From: Ranitomeya imitator
Taxonomy: Eukaryota
DNA length: 64,000 nt
NCBI RefSeq assembly: GCF_032444005.1
Contig: NC_091282.1
Location: 364,126,001-364,190,000 of the forward strand
Direction: 5' to 3'
The translations under genes were made by a program, and so were the position numbers. Positions 36,639 through 49,200 of this stretch are shown here, in pieces; position 1 is the first letter of the stretch; every line of letters begins with the position of its first letter. A model generated the notes under the pieces. The model searched no databases, was not told the DNA's origin, and saw only the letters and a list, made by a program, of their open reading frames with translations.

Positions 36639-37255
36639 GGTACCTTCACACATAACGATATCGTTAACGATATCGTTGCTTTTTGTGACGTAGCAACGAT
36701 ATCATTAAGGAAATCGCTATGTGTGACAGCGACCAACGATCAGGCCCCTGCTGTGATGTCGTTGGTCGCTGAACAAAGTCCAGAACTTTATTTCGTTGCT
36801 GGATCTCCCGTGGACATCGCTGGATCGGCGTGTGTGACACCGATCCAGCGATGTCTTCACTGGTAACCAGGGTAAACATCGGGTTACTAAGCGCAGGGCC
36901 GCGCTTAGTAACCCGATGTTTACCCTGGTTACCAGCGTAAAAGTAAAAAAAAAAAAACACTACATACTTACCTACCGCTGTCTGTCCCCGGCGCTGTGCT
37001 CTGCACTCCGCCTGCACTGGCTGTGAGCGTCGGTCAGCCGGAAAGCAGAGCGGTGACGTCACCGCTCTGCTTTCCGACCGCTGTGCTCACAGCCAGTACA
37101 GGAGGAGTGCAGAGAAGCAGAGCGCCGGGGACAGACAGCGGTAGGTAAGTATGTAGAGCTGTCTGTGTGACAGCTCTGCAGCGACCAAACAGCGACGCTG
37201 CAGCGATCCGGATCGTTGTCGGTATCGCTGCAGCGTCGCTTAATGTGAAGGGGCC
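36639..37255. mobile_element. Kolobok/T2-type palindromic MITE, copy 1 (617 bp)
   Basis: TTAA|GGTACCTTCACA ... TGTGAAGGGGCC|TTTA. Internal long palindromes, e.g. GGTAACCAGGGTAAACATCGGGTTACTAAGCGC..GCGCTTAGTAACCCGATGTTTACCCTGGTTACC. Confidence 0.85.
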
Positions 37256-37542
37256 TTTACTATACTGTATATTCAGGTTCTGAAATTATCCCAATAAGGC
37301 CACATAGTCATAAATGTTTCATTTTGTATCTCAAAATACGTTCCATGTCAGTAATTAGTAATTCAGTCTCCATTTTTTATTAGACATATATGGTTATATG
37401 GTATATGGTTACACAATTGTTAAGAAATTATATAGTATGTTTACTTCTATATAGCATGTTTACTTTACTTTGGAATGTGCTTATATGCTTTAAGAAATTT
37501 GTTAAGAGGTCATATCTGCCACAAATAAATTATTTGGTTCTT

Positions 37543-38574
37543 CTACCCCAAAGTTTTTTTTATAGCTGTCTTCATCTCTTTATTTCGCAAGGTATAAATG
37601 ATTGGGTTCAGCATTGGTGATATGACTGTGTAGAACACCATAACCACCTCATCAGCCTGAAAAGTTTTGGAGGGTCTCATATAAATAAAAACACAAGGTC
37701 CAAAGAAAAAAGTTACCACTGTAAGATGAGAAGCACAGGTTGAAAAGGCTTTGCGTCGTCCTTCCACTGTTCGTATTTTAAAGATAGCCTTAGCAATGCC
37801 AATATAGGAAATTAAGACAGTCAGAAAGCAGCCTAGTGATACGATACCACTATTGGCCACTATCATAGCATCAATCATGGCTGTATCAGTGCATGCAAGC
37901 CTGATTAATGGTGGGACATCGCAAAAAAAACTGTTAATTTCATTTGGGCCACAGAATGGCAAACCCATTGTTAGTGTTGTCTGGATGTTAGAATGAACAA
38001 AACCAATAGCCCAAGTTGCTGCCACCATCCATAGACAAAGCTGTTTACTCATTATGGTGGAATATTGCAAGGGTTTGCATATAGCTACATAGCGATCATA
38101 TGCCATAGCTGTGAAAAGAAAACATTCTGCACAGGCGAAGAAGTGGAAGAAGTATAGTTGAGTGATGCAGCCATTGAATGTAATAGTTTTTCTTTTAAAA
38201 AAAAAATCAATCAACATCTTGGGTACAGTTACACTCGAGTAACAGAGATCAATGAAAGAGAGCTTACCAAGGAAGAAATACATTGGATTATGAAGACGAT
38301 AATCTGCTCTGATGGTCAACATGATTAAAATGTTCCCGCTGAGAAGTAATATATAGGCCAACAGAAAGATGGAAAAGACAAAGTACTGAAGTCTTGGATT
38401 AAAAGCAAAAATCACAAAAACAAATTCTGTTACTTCTGTTATGTTACATGTCTCCACAGTAGACTTTAAAGAACTGGATTTCGTAGCATCTACATGATGA
38501 TCCGATACGTTATAAAATGAGTCCAGTCCCCCAAAGTTTATCGACAAAGGTTCTACTGTACAGTTGTGCCACAT
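37543..38574 (-). CDS. Olfactory receptor, class II (family 4-like), copy 1, 343 aa, altered C-terminus
   Basis: Single-exon 7TM ORF with SGN, LHNPMYFFL, MAYDRYVAICKPLQY, FFCD.PPL..LAC, ISY, KAFSTCASHL and PMLNPIIYTLRN. An extra base in a T run gives ...IKKTLG* instead of ...IKKLWGRRTK*. Confidence 0.93.
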   Translation of the reverse strand: MWHNCTVEPLSINFGGLDSFYNVSDHHVDATKSSSLKSTVETCNITEVTEFVFVIFAFNPRLQYFVFSIFLLAYILLLSGNILIMLTIRADYRLHNPMYFFLGKLSFIDLCYSSVTVPKMLIDFFFKRKTITFNGCITQLYFFHFFACAECFLFTAMAYDRYVAICKPLQYSTIMSKQLCLWMVAATWAIGFVHSNIQTTLTMGLPFCGPNEINSFFCDVPPLIRLACTDTAMIDAMIVANSGIVSLGCFLTVLISYIGIAKAIFKIRTVEGRRKAFSTCASHLTVVTFFFGPCVFIYMRPSKTFQADEVVMVFYTVISPMLNPIIYTLRNKEMKTAIKKTLG

Positions 38575-41500
38575 AGTTGAAAAGAAAAAATGTGTAAATC
38601 TAATGGATTAAAATGTAAAACTCCTTTTTTATTTTGTGCTTGTCCATCAAAAAGAACCATGTAGACAGCCTAACATCTTTAGAAAAAGTAAGATAAACAT
38701 TGATAAATCAGTTATTTAGCTAAAAGAATTAACTAGATAATAGATACAAAATCAACAAATGTTAAAACTAGTAAAGAACCTACAATTTACCATGTATATA
38801 GGAAGAATTTATTATTTTGACCTCACAATCTTATACTTTAGTATTGTCACTCGATGTATATTTTCAGTGATCCCACCACGGATATTTCTTAGTTTTTTTA
38901 CTTATAAATGTTTAAAAAAAAGCTGGAAAAATTGTAAAAATATTAAGTGGTAGTGGCACAAAAATTTACATATAAAATATAAAAATGGAAATTCAGCAGT
39001 ATAAACATAGAGACAAGCGAAACACAACAAAATTATGATGTTTCAAAATTGTACCTTTGGAGACAAATACATGAACAGATCCAGCAAGAGTCCCCTTTCA
39101 CACTTACAATGTTCTCATACATGTTCTATCCGTGTTTGTCTATTGGGCTGTTTAGTGAAAAGCAAATTGGTGACATTCTAATTGCAGTCTGACTTTCATA
39201 GGGGAATTTCATAGGATTTTTTTCATATGTGAATACTAATGAAAGATTTAACACACGCATGCACGCACACACACGCACACACACGTAGTTTGTACCCACC
39301 ACGAGTACAGTTTTTTGGGGGGAGCCTGAACCAAAACTCAGGCCCAGTGTATAAAACAACACAATGTAAGTGGCTGGAAGATATTTGAAAAAATACAAGG
39401 ACTGTAGTACAATTTCAATCTCCCTACAATGATCTCAGCAAAAGTATGGCAGCAATAAAAAGGACTGCTGCACACAAAAGTGTGGACAAATAAACAAGAT
39501 AACTGTGCAGAAAGGAGCAACAGGATTTTTGCTTTTAAAAAAGCAGTTGGCTTGCACAGCAGTGTGCAAACAGCAATGCAGCTATCAGGGAGCCTTATAA
39601 GGCAGTCTAATAAGCTACAGAGATGTTGCACAACAATATAGCATCCACTGTCCCTGCAAAAAAATGGTGGTGTTGGACAGTGGAAATCGCTACAGCAGAA
39701 GTAGTTTGGGGGTTAGTTTTCCCCCCCTAACTATATCCCTTCTTCTGATGAAGCTGCAGCAACCTCTCCCTATGCTAAGATTGGCAGAAGTAAGATGGCG
39801 GCCGGCATGCACGCCCCTTTATAGCCCCTTTGACGACGCAGAAAGCAAGCCAATCACTGTCATGCCCTTCTGTAAGATGGTGGGGACCGAGACCTATGTC
39901 ATCACGCTACCCACACTCTGCGTCCTCCTTCATTGGCTGAAAAATGGTGCTAAAAGCGTCATATGAAATGCGACTTTTGCGCGCAGATCGCCGACCTCAT
40001 GGCCGATCCCACACTACTAGAATCGGGTCGGGTTTCATGAAACCCGACTTTGCCGAAAGTCGGCGATTTTTGAATTTGTCCAATCCTTTCCACTCAACCC
40101 CAGTCCCGACTCCTCCCGATGCCCTTGCTTGTGTGCATCACATGCACATTGCTGTGTGTGTGCACTGCTGATAGGCTGAGAGACTGCACCGCCCCACTGT
40201 AAATGCGGGAAAGAAAAAAAAATGGAGATCGGCGTTATTTCAGCACAGATCTATCTCCCGCTCCCCTCCCCTGTCCACTATAGACTGAAACAGTCTATTA
40301 ACAATGATAAACAGTTTTAATGTGCAAATCAAGTTAGGCTATTGGTGAACGAACAGTTATCGAACAGAAACTCGAACAGTCGAATTTTAAGCAAATTGTT
40401 CGAGTTCGTGGAACGACTCGAACACCGCCCAAAATAGCTCGAATTTGAAATTGGCGAACAGTTCGATTCGAACAACGCTCATCTCTAGTCCCAAGCAGAG
40501 ACTGGGGTATTTGTCCATATTATTGCAATAAGCCAAACATCTCATAGGGTGGGCAGATAAAAGCCTTTACTTGCTTAAAAAATTGTAAGACTCATTTTAA
40601 GTCTGCCCAAAGACATGTAGGACACTCCACAAATGTATGGAAGAAGGTAACATAGTAACATAGAAAAATAGTTAGCAAGGCCGAAAAAAGACATTTGTTC
40701 ATCCAGTTCAGCCTATATTCTGTCAGAATAAATCCCCTGATCTACATCTTTCTAAAGAACCTAATAACTGTAAGATACAATATTGTTACGCTCCAGGAAG
40801 ACATCCAGGCCTCTCTTGAACCCCTCAACTGAGTTCGCCATCACCACCTAATCAGGCACGGAATTCCAGATTCTGACTGCCCTAACAGTAAACAATACTC
40901 CAGATGCAGAGAATGCCCCCTTGTGATCATCACCTTCCTTGGTATAAACAGATCCTCGGAGAGATATTTGTATTGTCCTCTTATATACTTACATATGGTT
41001 ATTAGATCGCTTCTCAGTCATCTTTTTTCTAGACTGAATAATTCTAATTTTGCCAATCTCTCTGGGTATTGTAGTTTCCTCATCCCCTTTATGAATTTTG
41101 GTGCCCTCCTTTGTATTGCTCTAGTTCCGTTATAACCTTCCTGAGCACCGGTGCCCAAAACTGTACACAGTACTCCATGTGTGGTCTAACTAGGGATTTG
41201 TACAGAGGCAGTATAATGCTCTCATCATGTGTATTTAGACCTCTTGTAATGCACTCCCTGATCCTGTTTGCCTTGGCAGCTGCTGCCTGGCACTGGCTGC
41301 TCCAGGTAAGTTTATCATTAACTAGGAACCCCATGTCCTTCTCATTGTCAGATTCACCCAGTGGTTTCCCATTCAGTATGTAATGGTGACATTGATTCCT
41401 TCTACCCATGTGTATAACCTTACATTGACTGCATTACATTGCTTAGTATCATGTGCAAAAGTAGATATTTTACTGTGCACACCTTCTACCCGATCGTTAA

Positions 41501-44191
41501 TAAGTATGTTGAAGATGCTGTGGTCAGACGTGACAAAAGTTAAATTGTTAGGTTAATGATATGCCTGGCGCCAAATCAACACAGGTGATCATCCCAAGAA
41601 CACCATCCCCACAGTGAAACATGGTGGTGGTGGCATAATACCGTGAGGATGTTTTCGGCAGCATCGACATGGAAAATGGTCGAAGTCAAGGAGAAGATGA
41701 ATAATGTGAAATACAGGGATATCCTTTAGCAAAACCTGATTGTCTATCAGTTATTTGAGATGGGGATGAAGGTTCACCTTCCAACAAGACAATGACCAAA
41801 AGCATACTGCTAAAGCAACACTTGAGTGGTTGAAGGGGAAACTTGTAAATGTTTTGGAGTGGTCTAGTCAACATAAATACCTTAATCCTATTGAGAATCT
41901 GTGGACAGACTTGAAGATTCTTGTTCACCAGAGGAAACCATCCACTCCATGGTCAAGCCTTATCTGGAATACTGTGTCTAGTTCTGGGGACAACACTTTA
42001 AAAAAGACATTGAAAAACTGGAGCAAGATAAGAGAAGAGTTACCAGTATGGTGAGCGGATTGTAAAGTATATCCTATGAGGATACAGGATTACAGGATAT
42101 GGGAATGTTTAGCTTGCAAAAAAGAAGACTTAATAGATGTCTTCAAATATCTGAAGGGATATCACAGTGTAGAGGAATCATCCTTATTCTCTTTTGCCCA
42201 TGAAAAACAAGAAGCAATGGAATGAAACTGAAAGTAATATACAGGGTGGTGTACCATATTATGGGTGTCAGGTCCGAGCATTCCTACATGAACAGTTGTC
42301 TGAAAAGTGGATTGGTCTTTGTGGACTCATTGAATGGCCATCAAGGTCTCCCGATTTGACCCCCTTAGACTTTTATCTTTGGGGTCATCTGAAGGCAATT
42401 GTCTATACTGTGAAGATACGAGATGTGCAGCATCTGAAACAACGGATACTGGAAGCCAGTGCTATCATTTCTACTGCAGTGTTGCTATCAGTGTGTCAAG
42501 AGTGGGAGAAGCGGGTTACATTGAAAATGCAACACAATGGTCAGCACTTTGAGCACATTGTATAAGTGGTAATAAACTTATAAATAACTCACCAAAGAAT
42601 AAAGTTACATTAAAACCAAGCACACCATTGTTTTTCTTGTAAAATTCTCAATAAGTTTGATGTGTCACATGACCCTCTTCCCATTGGAAAAAATAAAGAT
42701 GGATCCAAAATGGCTGACTTCAAAATGGCTGCCATGGTCAAAACCCATCTTGAAAAGCTTTCCTCCTCCCATATACTAATATACCACAAACAGGAAGTTG
42801 ATATCACCAAACATTCCCATTTTATTTAGGTGTATCCATATAAATGTCCCACCCTGTGCAATGTTATCAGTAATATAATTTAAAGTAAAAACTTGTAACA
42901 TAAAAAACAAAATTGTAAAATGCCCTGCCAAAATATTAATTTGTTTTTTATTAGAATATGTAAAAAAAATCACATTGTGCCTACACATTTTGGAACTGTG
43001 AATTTGTGTAATTTATTTTGTCTAGTTTTTGGTGATTTTATGGTGTGTTTTTTATTTGTACCTTTTTCTTAATTTTAAAATGTATTTTAAATGTTTTTGC
43101 CTGTTTTTTATGTTTACCATTGTGAGTGGAGTTGAGAGTTTCCAAATGTTTTAGATTGATTTATCATTTGCAACCTGAAAAAAAGCTGCAAAGTTTGTTG
43201 CAAATGTACATTTTCCCACATAGTGATTTTATGTACATCAGAAACATTTTGCAAAAATGTGTAACTTTTTGCACTAAAAATAATAAAAATGATTCTTGAC
43301 TTTGCCCATGATTCATTAATGTACATCATTATGAGGAACTTGGTGCAAAAAAAGTATACCACAAGGCAAAAAAAGAAAAGTGAGGAAGAAGAAGAAGCCA
43401 GTGGCAAAACGTGCGTTGGGATGAGAGGACGTTACTCCAGGATCCTGACTACAAGGTGAATCGGTCTCCTATTATTGCGGACACGATCCTTACTACTTAC
43501 GGGCACTTTCTTTGATTCTATCTAAAGTTATTTGGTGGGTTACTTCTCACTAGTAGATATTACTATACAAACTGTTGGGCCAAGCATTGTATACATGTTG
43601 CCATTTTTACGTGTGGTATGCATAATACGTTTCAGTATTCTCCTTGCACTCCCGCGTTATCTGATCGATATTATACCTTTATTCGCTATGGCTGTGATCT
43701 AATCATTTAATTCATTACTCATATTGAGGTAGTTGCTAAGCAAATGACCGAAACGTTTTGATATTGTGATATGTGAAGCACTAGTCACTTTATAGGGGCT
43801 ACCAGTTTTGCAAGTTTGTGATTCAGTCCTACTTAAGCATTCAAATATTGTACCTCTACGGAGTGTTAGTTTCGGGTAGCCTGGACCGTCCTCTATGTGA
43901 AGCACACTGCTATGTTATTTTTTATTCTTGCATTTTAAATCTTTATGAATAAAAGTTAATTTTTAACCTTCCTTTTGTACCTTAAATGGGATGCGTTTAT
44001 AACATCTTTTAATATATTGTATGTGATTTTTCCAAAAATGTTAACTTTTTACTTTTGCATCCCATATAGCTTAAATAAGTTTTTTATCTTCAATTAGTTC
44101 ATCTGTAACTGTTTTCATTATTTTTACTTAAGGAAAGTACGGTAAATGGGGTGAGAGAATTTGAAGATGGGGACAAGCGTTTATCACTTAA

Positions 44192-44902
44192 GGTACCTTC
44201 ACACATAACGATATCGTTAACGATATCGTTGCTTTTTGTGACGTAGCAACGATATCATTAAGGAAATCGCTATGTGTGACAGCGACCAACGATCAGGCCC
44301 CTGCTGTGATGTCGTTGGTCGCTGAACAAAGTCCAGAACTTTATTTCGTTGCTGGATCTCCCGTGGACCGATCCAGCGATGTCTTCACTGGTAACCAGGG
44401 TAAACATCGGGTTACTAAGCGCAGGGCCGCGCTTAGTAACCCGATGTTTACCCTGGTTACCAGCGTAAAAGTAAAAAAAAAAAAACACTACATACTTACC
44501 TACCGCTGTCTGTCCCCGGCGCTGTGCTCTGCACTCCGCCTGCACTGGCTGTGAGCGTCGGTCAGCCGGAAAGCAGAGCGGTGACGTCACCGCTCTGCTT
44601 TCCGGCCGCTGTGCTCACAGCCAGTACAGGAGGAGTGCAGAGAAGCAGAGCGCCGGGGACAGACAGCGGTAGGTAAGTATGTAGTGTTTGTTTTTTTTTT
44701 ACTTTTATGCTGGTAACCAGGGTAAACATTGGGTTACTAAGTGCGGCCCTGGGCTTAGTAACCCGATGTTTACCCTGGTTACCGGCATCGTTGGTCGCTG
44801 TAGAGCTGTCTGTGTGACAGCTCTGCAGCGACCAAACAGCGACGCTGCAGCGATCCGGATCGTTGTCGGTATCGCTGCAGCGTCGCTTAATGTGAAGGGG
44901 CC
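44192..44902. mobile_element. Kolobok/T2-type MITE, copy 2 (711 bp)
   Basis: Same TTAA/GGTACCTTCACA...TGTGAAGGGGCC/TTTA termini. Retains the second internal palindrome. Confidence 0.85.
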
Positions 44903-45176
44903 TTTACTATACTGTATATTCAGGTTCTGAAATTATCCCAATAAGGCCACATAGTCATAAATGTTTCATTTTGTATCTCAAAATACGTTCCATGTCAGTA
45001 ATTAGTAATTCAGTCTCCATTTTTTATTAGACATATATGGTTATATGGTATATGGTTACACAATTGTTAAGAAATTATATAGTATGTTTACTTCTATATA
45101 GCATGTTTACTTTACTTTGGAATGTGCTTATATGCTTAAAGAAATTTGTTAAGAGGTCATATCTGCCACAAATAAA

Positions 45177-46220
45177 TTATTTGGTTCTTCTACCCCAAAG
45201 TTTTTTTATAGCTGTCTTCATCTCTTTATTTCGCAAGGTATAAATGATTGGGTTCAGCATTGGTGATATGACTGTGTAGAACACCATAACCACCTCATCA
45301 GCCTGAAAAGTTTTGGAGGGTCTCATATAAATAAAAACACAAGGTCCAAAGAAAAAAGTTACCACTGTAAGATGAGAAGCACAGGTTGAAAAGGCTTTGC
45401 GTCGTCCTTCCACTGTTCGTATTTTAAAGATAGCCTTAGCAATGCCAATATAGGAAATTAAGACAGTCAGAAAGCAGCCTAGTGATACGATACCACTATT
45501 GGCCACTATCATAGCATCAATCATGGCTGTATCAGTGCATGCAAGCCTGATTAATGGTGGGACATCGCAAAAAAAACTGTTAATTTCATTTGGGCCACAG
45601 AATGGCAAACCCATTGTTAGTGTTGTCTGGATATTAGAATGAACAAAACCAATAGCCCAAGTTGCTGCCACCATCCATAGACAAAGCTGTTTACTCATTA
45701 TGGTGGAATATTGCAAGGGTTTGCATATAGCTACATAGCGATCATATGCCATAGCTGTGAAAAGAAAACATTCTGCACAGGCGAAGAAGTGGAAGAAGTA
45801 TAGTTGAGTGATGCAGCCATTGAATGTAATAGTTTTTCTTTTAAAAAAAAAATCAATCAACATCTTGGGTACAGTTACACTCGAGTAACAGAGATCAATG
45901 AAAGAGAGCTTACCAAGGAAGAAATACATTGGATTATGAAGACGATAATCTGCTCTGATGGTCAACATGATTAAAATGTTCCCGCTGAGAAGTAATATAT
46001 AGGCCAACAGAAAGATGGAAAAGACAAAGTACTGAAGTCTTGGATTAAAAGCAAAAATCACAAAAACAAATTCTGTTACTTCTGTTATGTTACATGTCTC
46101 CACAGTAGACTTTAAAGAACTGGATTTCGTAGCATCTACATGATGATCCGATACGTTATAAAATGAGTCCAGTCCCCCAAAGTTTATCGACAAAGGTTCT
46201 ACTGTACAGTTGTGCCACAT
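45177..46220 (-). CDS. Olfactory receptor, class II (family 4-like), copy 2, 347 aa
   Basis: All OR motifs intact; protein identical to copies 3 and 4. Confidence 0.95.
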   Translation of the reverse strand: MWHNCTVEPLSINFGGLDSFYNVSDHHVDATKSSSLKSTVETCNITEVTEFVFVIFAFNPRLQYFVFSIFLLAYILLLSGNILIMLTIRADYRLHNPMYFFLGKLSFIDLCYSSVTVPKMLIDFFFKRKTITFNGCITQLYFFHFFACAECFLFTAMAYDRYVAICKPLQYSTIMSKQLCLWMVAATWAIGFVHSNIQTTLTMGLPFCGPNEINSFFCDVPPLIRLACTDTAMIDAMIVANSGIVSLGCFLTVLISYIGIAKAIFKIRTVEGRRKAFSTCASHLTVVTFFFGPCVFIYMRPSKTFQADEVVMVFYTVISPMLNPIIYTLRNKEMKTAIKKLWGRRTK

Positions 46221-49200
46221 AGTTGAAAAGAAAAAATGTGTAAATCTAATGGATTAAAATGTAAAACTCCTTTTTTATTTTGTGCTTGTCCATCAAAAAG
46301 AACCATGTAGACAGCCTAACATCTTTAGAAAAAGTAAGATAAACATTGATAAATCAGTTATTTAGCTAAAAGAATTAACTAGATAATAGATACAAAATCA
46401 ACAAATGTTAAAACTAGTAAAGAACCTACAATTTACCATGTATATAGGAAGAATTTATTATTTTGACCTCACAATCTTATACTTTAGTATTGTCACTCGA
46501 TGTATATTTTCAGTGATCCCACCACGGATATTTCTTAGTTTTTTTACTTATAAATGTTTAAAAAAAAGCTGGAAAAATTGTAAAAATATTAAGTGGTAGT
46601 GGCACAAAAATTTACATATAAAATATAAAAATGGAAATTCAGCAGTATAAACATAGAGACAAGCGAAACACAACAAAATTATGATGTTTCAAAATTGTAC
46701 CTTTGGAGACAAATACATGAACAGATCCAGCAAGAGTCCCCTTTCACACTTACAATGTTCTCATACATGTTCTATCCGTGTTTGTCTATTGGGCTGTTTA
46801 GTGAAAAGCAAACTGGTGACATTCTAATTGCAGTCTGACTTTCATAGGGGAATTTCATAGGATTTTTTTCATATGTGAATACTAATGAAAGATTTAACAC
46901 ACGCATGCACGCACACACACGCACACACACGTAGTTTGTACCCACCACGAGTACAGTTTTTTGGGGGGAGCCTGAACCAAAACTCAGGCCCAGTGTATAA
47001 AACAACACAATGTAAGTGGCTGGAAGATATTTGAAAAAATACAAGGACTGTAGTACAATTTCAATCTCCCTACAATGATCTCAGCAAAAGTATGGCAGCA
47101 ATAAAAAGGACTGCTGCACACAAAAGTGTGGACAAATAAACAAGATAACTGTGCAGAAAGGAGCAACAGGATTTTTGCTTTTAAAAAAGCAGTTGGCTTG
47201 CACAGCAGTGTGCAAACAGCAATGCAGCTATCAGGGAGCCTTATAAGGCAGTCTAATAAGCTACAGAGATGTTGCACAACAATATAGCCTCCACTGTCCC
47301 TGCAAAAAAATGGTGGTGTTGGACAGTGGAAATCGCTACAGCAGAAGTAGTTTGGGGGTTAGTTTTCCCCCCCTAACTATATCCCTTCTTCTGATGAAGC
47401 TGCAGCAACCTCTCCCTATGCTAAGATTGGCAGAAGTAAGATGGCGGCCGGCATGCACGCCCCTTTATAGCCCCTTTGACGACGCAGAAAGCAAGCCAAT
47501 CACTGTCATGCCCTTCTGTAAGATGGTGGGGACCGAGACCTATGTCATCACGCTACCCACACTCTGCGTCCTCCTTCATTGGCTGAAAAATGGTGCTAAA
47601 AGCGTCATATGAAATGCGACTTTTGCGCGCAGATCGCCGACCTCATGGCCGATCCCACACTACTAGAATCGGGTCGGGTTTCATGAAACCCGACTTTGCC
47701 GAAAGTCGGCGATTTTTGAATTTGTCCAATCCTTTCCACTCAACCCCAGTCCCGACTCCTCCCGATGCCCTTGCTTGTGTGCATCACATGCACATTGCTG
47801 TGTGTGTGCACTGCTGATAGGCTGAGAGACTGCACCGCCCCACTGTAAATGCGGGAAAGAAAAAAAAATGGAGATCGGCGTTATTTCAGCACAGATCTAT
47901 CTCCCGCTCCCCTCCCCTGTCCACTATAGACTGAAACAGTCTATTAACAATGATAAACAGTTTTAATGTGCAAATCAAGTTAGGCTATTGGTGAACGAAC
48001 AGTTATCGAACAGAAACTCGAACAGTCGAATTTTAAGCAAATTGTTCGAGTTCGTGGAACGACTCGAACACCGCCCAAAATAGCTCGAATTTGAAATTGG
48101 CGAACAGTTCGATTCGAACAACGCTCATCTCTAGTCCCAAGCAGAGACTGGGGTATTTGTCCATATTATTGCAATAAGCCAAACATCTCATAGGGTGGGC
48201 AGATAAAAGCCTTTACTTGCTTAAAAAATTGTAAGACTCATTTTAAGTCTGCCCAAAGACATGTAGGACACTCCACAAATGTATGGAAGAAGGTAACATA
48301 GTAACATAGAAAAATAGTTAGCAAGGCCGAAAAAAGACATTTGTTCATCCAGTTCAGCCTATATTCTGTCAGAATAAATCCCCTGATCTACATCTTTCTA
48401 AAGAACCTAATAACTGTAAGATACAATATTGTTACGCTCCAGGAAGACATCCAGGCCTCTCTTGAACCCCTCAACTGAGTTCGCCATCACCACCTAATCA
48501 GGCACGGAATTCCAGATTCTGACTGCCCTAACAGTAAACAATACTCCAGATGCAGAGAATGCCCCCTTGTGATCATCACCTTCCTTGGTATAAACAGATC
48601 CTCGGAGAGATATTTGTATTGTCCTCTTATATACTTACATATGGTTATTAGATCGCTTCTCAGTCATCTTTTTTCTAGACTGAATAATTCTAATTTTGCC
48701 AATCTCTCTGGGTATTGTAGTTTCCTCATCCCCTTTATGAATTTTGGTGCCCTCCTTTGTATTGCTCTAGTTCCGTTATAACCTTCCTGAGCACCGGTGC
48801 CCAAAACTGTACACAGTACTCCATGTGTGGTCTAACTAGGGATTTGTACAGAGGCAGTATAATGCTCTCATCATGTGTATTTAGACCTCTTGTAATGCAC
48901 TCCCTGATCCTGTTTGCCTTGGCAGCTGCTGCCTGGCACTGGCTGCTCCAGGTAAGTTTATCATTAACTAGGAACCCCATGTCCTTCTCATTGTCAGATT
49001 CACCCAGTGGTTTCCCATTCAGTATGTAATGGTGACATTGATTCCTTCTACCCATGTGTATAACCTTACATTGACTGCATTACATTGCTTAGTATCATGT
49101 GCAAAAGTAGATATTTTACTGTGCACACCTTCTACCCGATCGTTAATAAGTATGTTGAAGATGCTGTGGTCAGACGTGACAAAAGTTAAATTGTTAGGTT

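Larger units (their letters stand above)
31758..39310. repeat. OR cassette tandem unit 1 (7553 bp)
   Basis: Sequence from TTTTTTGGGGGGAGCCTG (31758) to GAGTACAG (39310) recurs at +7553. Confidence 0.95.
39311..46956. repeat. OR cassette tandem unit 2 (7646 bp)
   Basis: Junction GAGTACAG|TTTTTTGGGGGGAGCC at 39310/39311. Contains the hAT-C end (to 40102), a TSD copy, the second hAT end (to 40487), CR1, Tc1, DD41D, MITE and OR. Confidence 0.95.

Noticed and set aside
39170-39215. OR promoter motifs (TAATTG homeodomain site, TTTCATAGGGG O/E-like site)
   Set aside because: Short motifs expected by chance in AT-rich DNA, and the O/E match is imperfect. Not supportable without conservation data.
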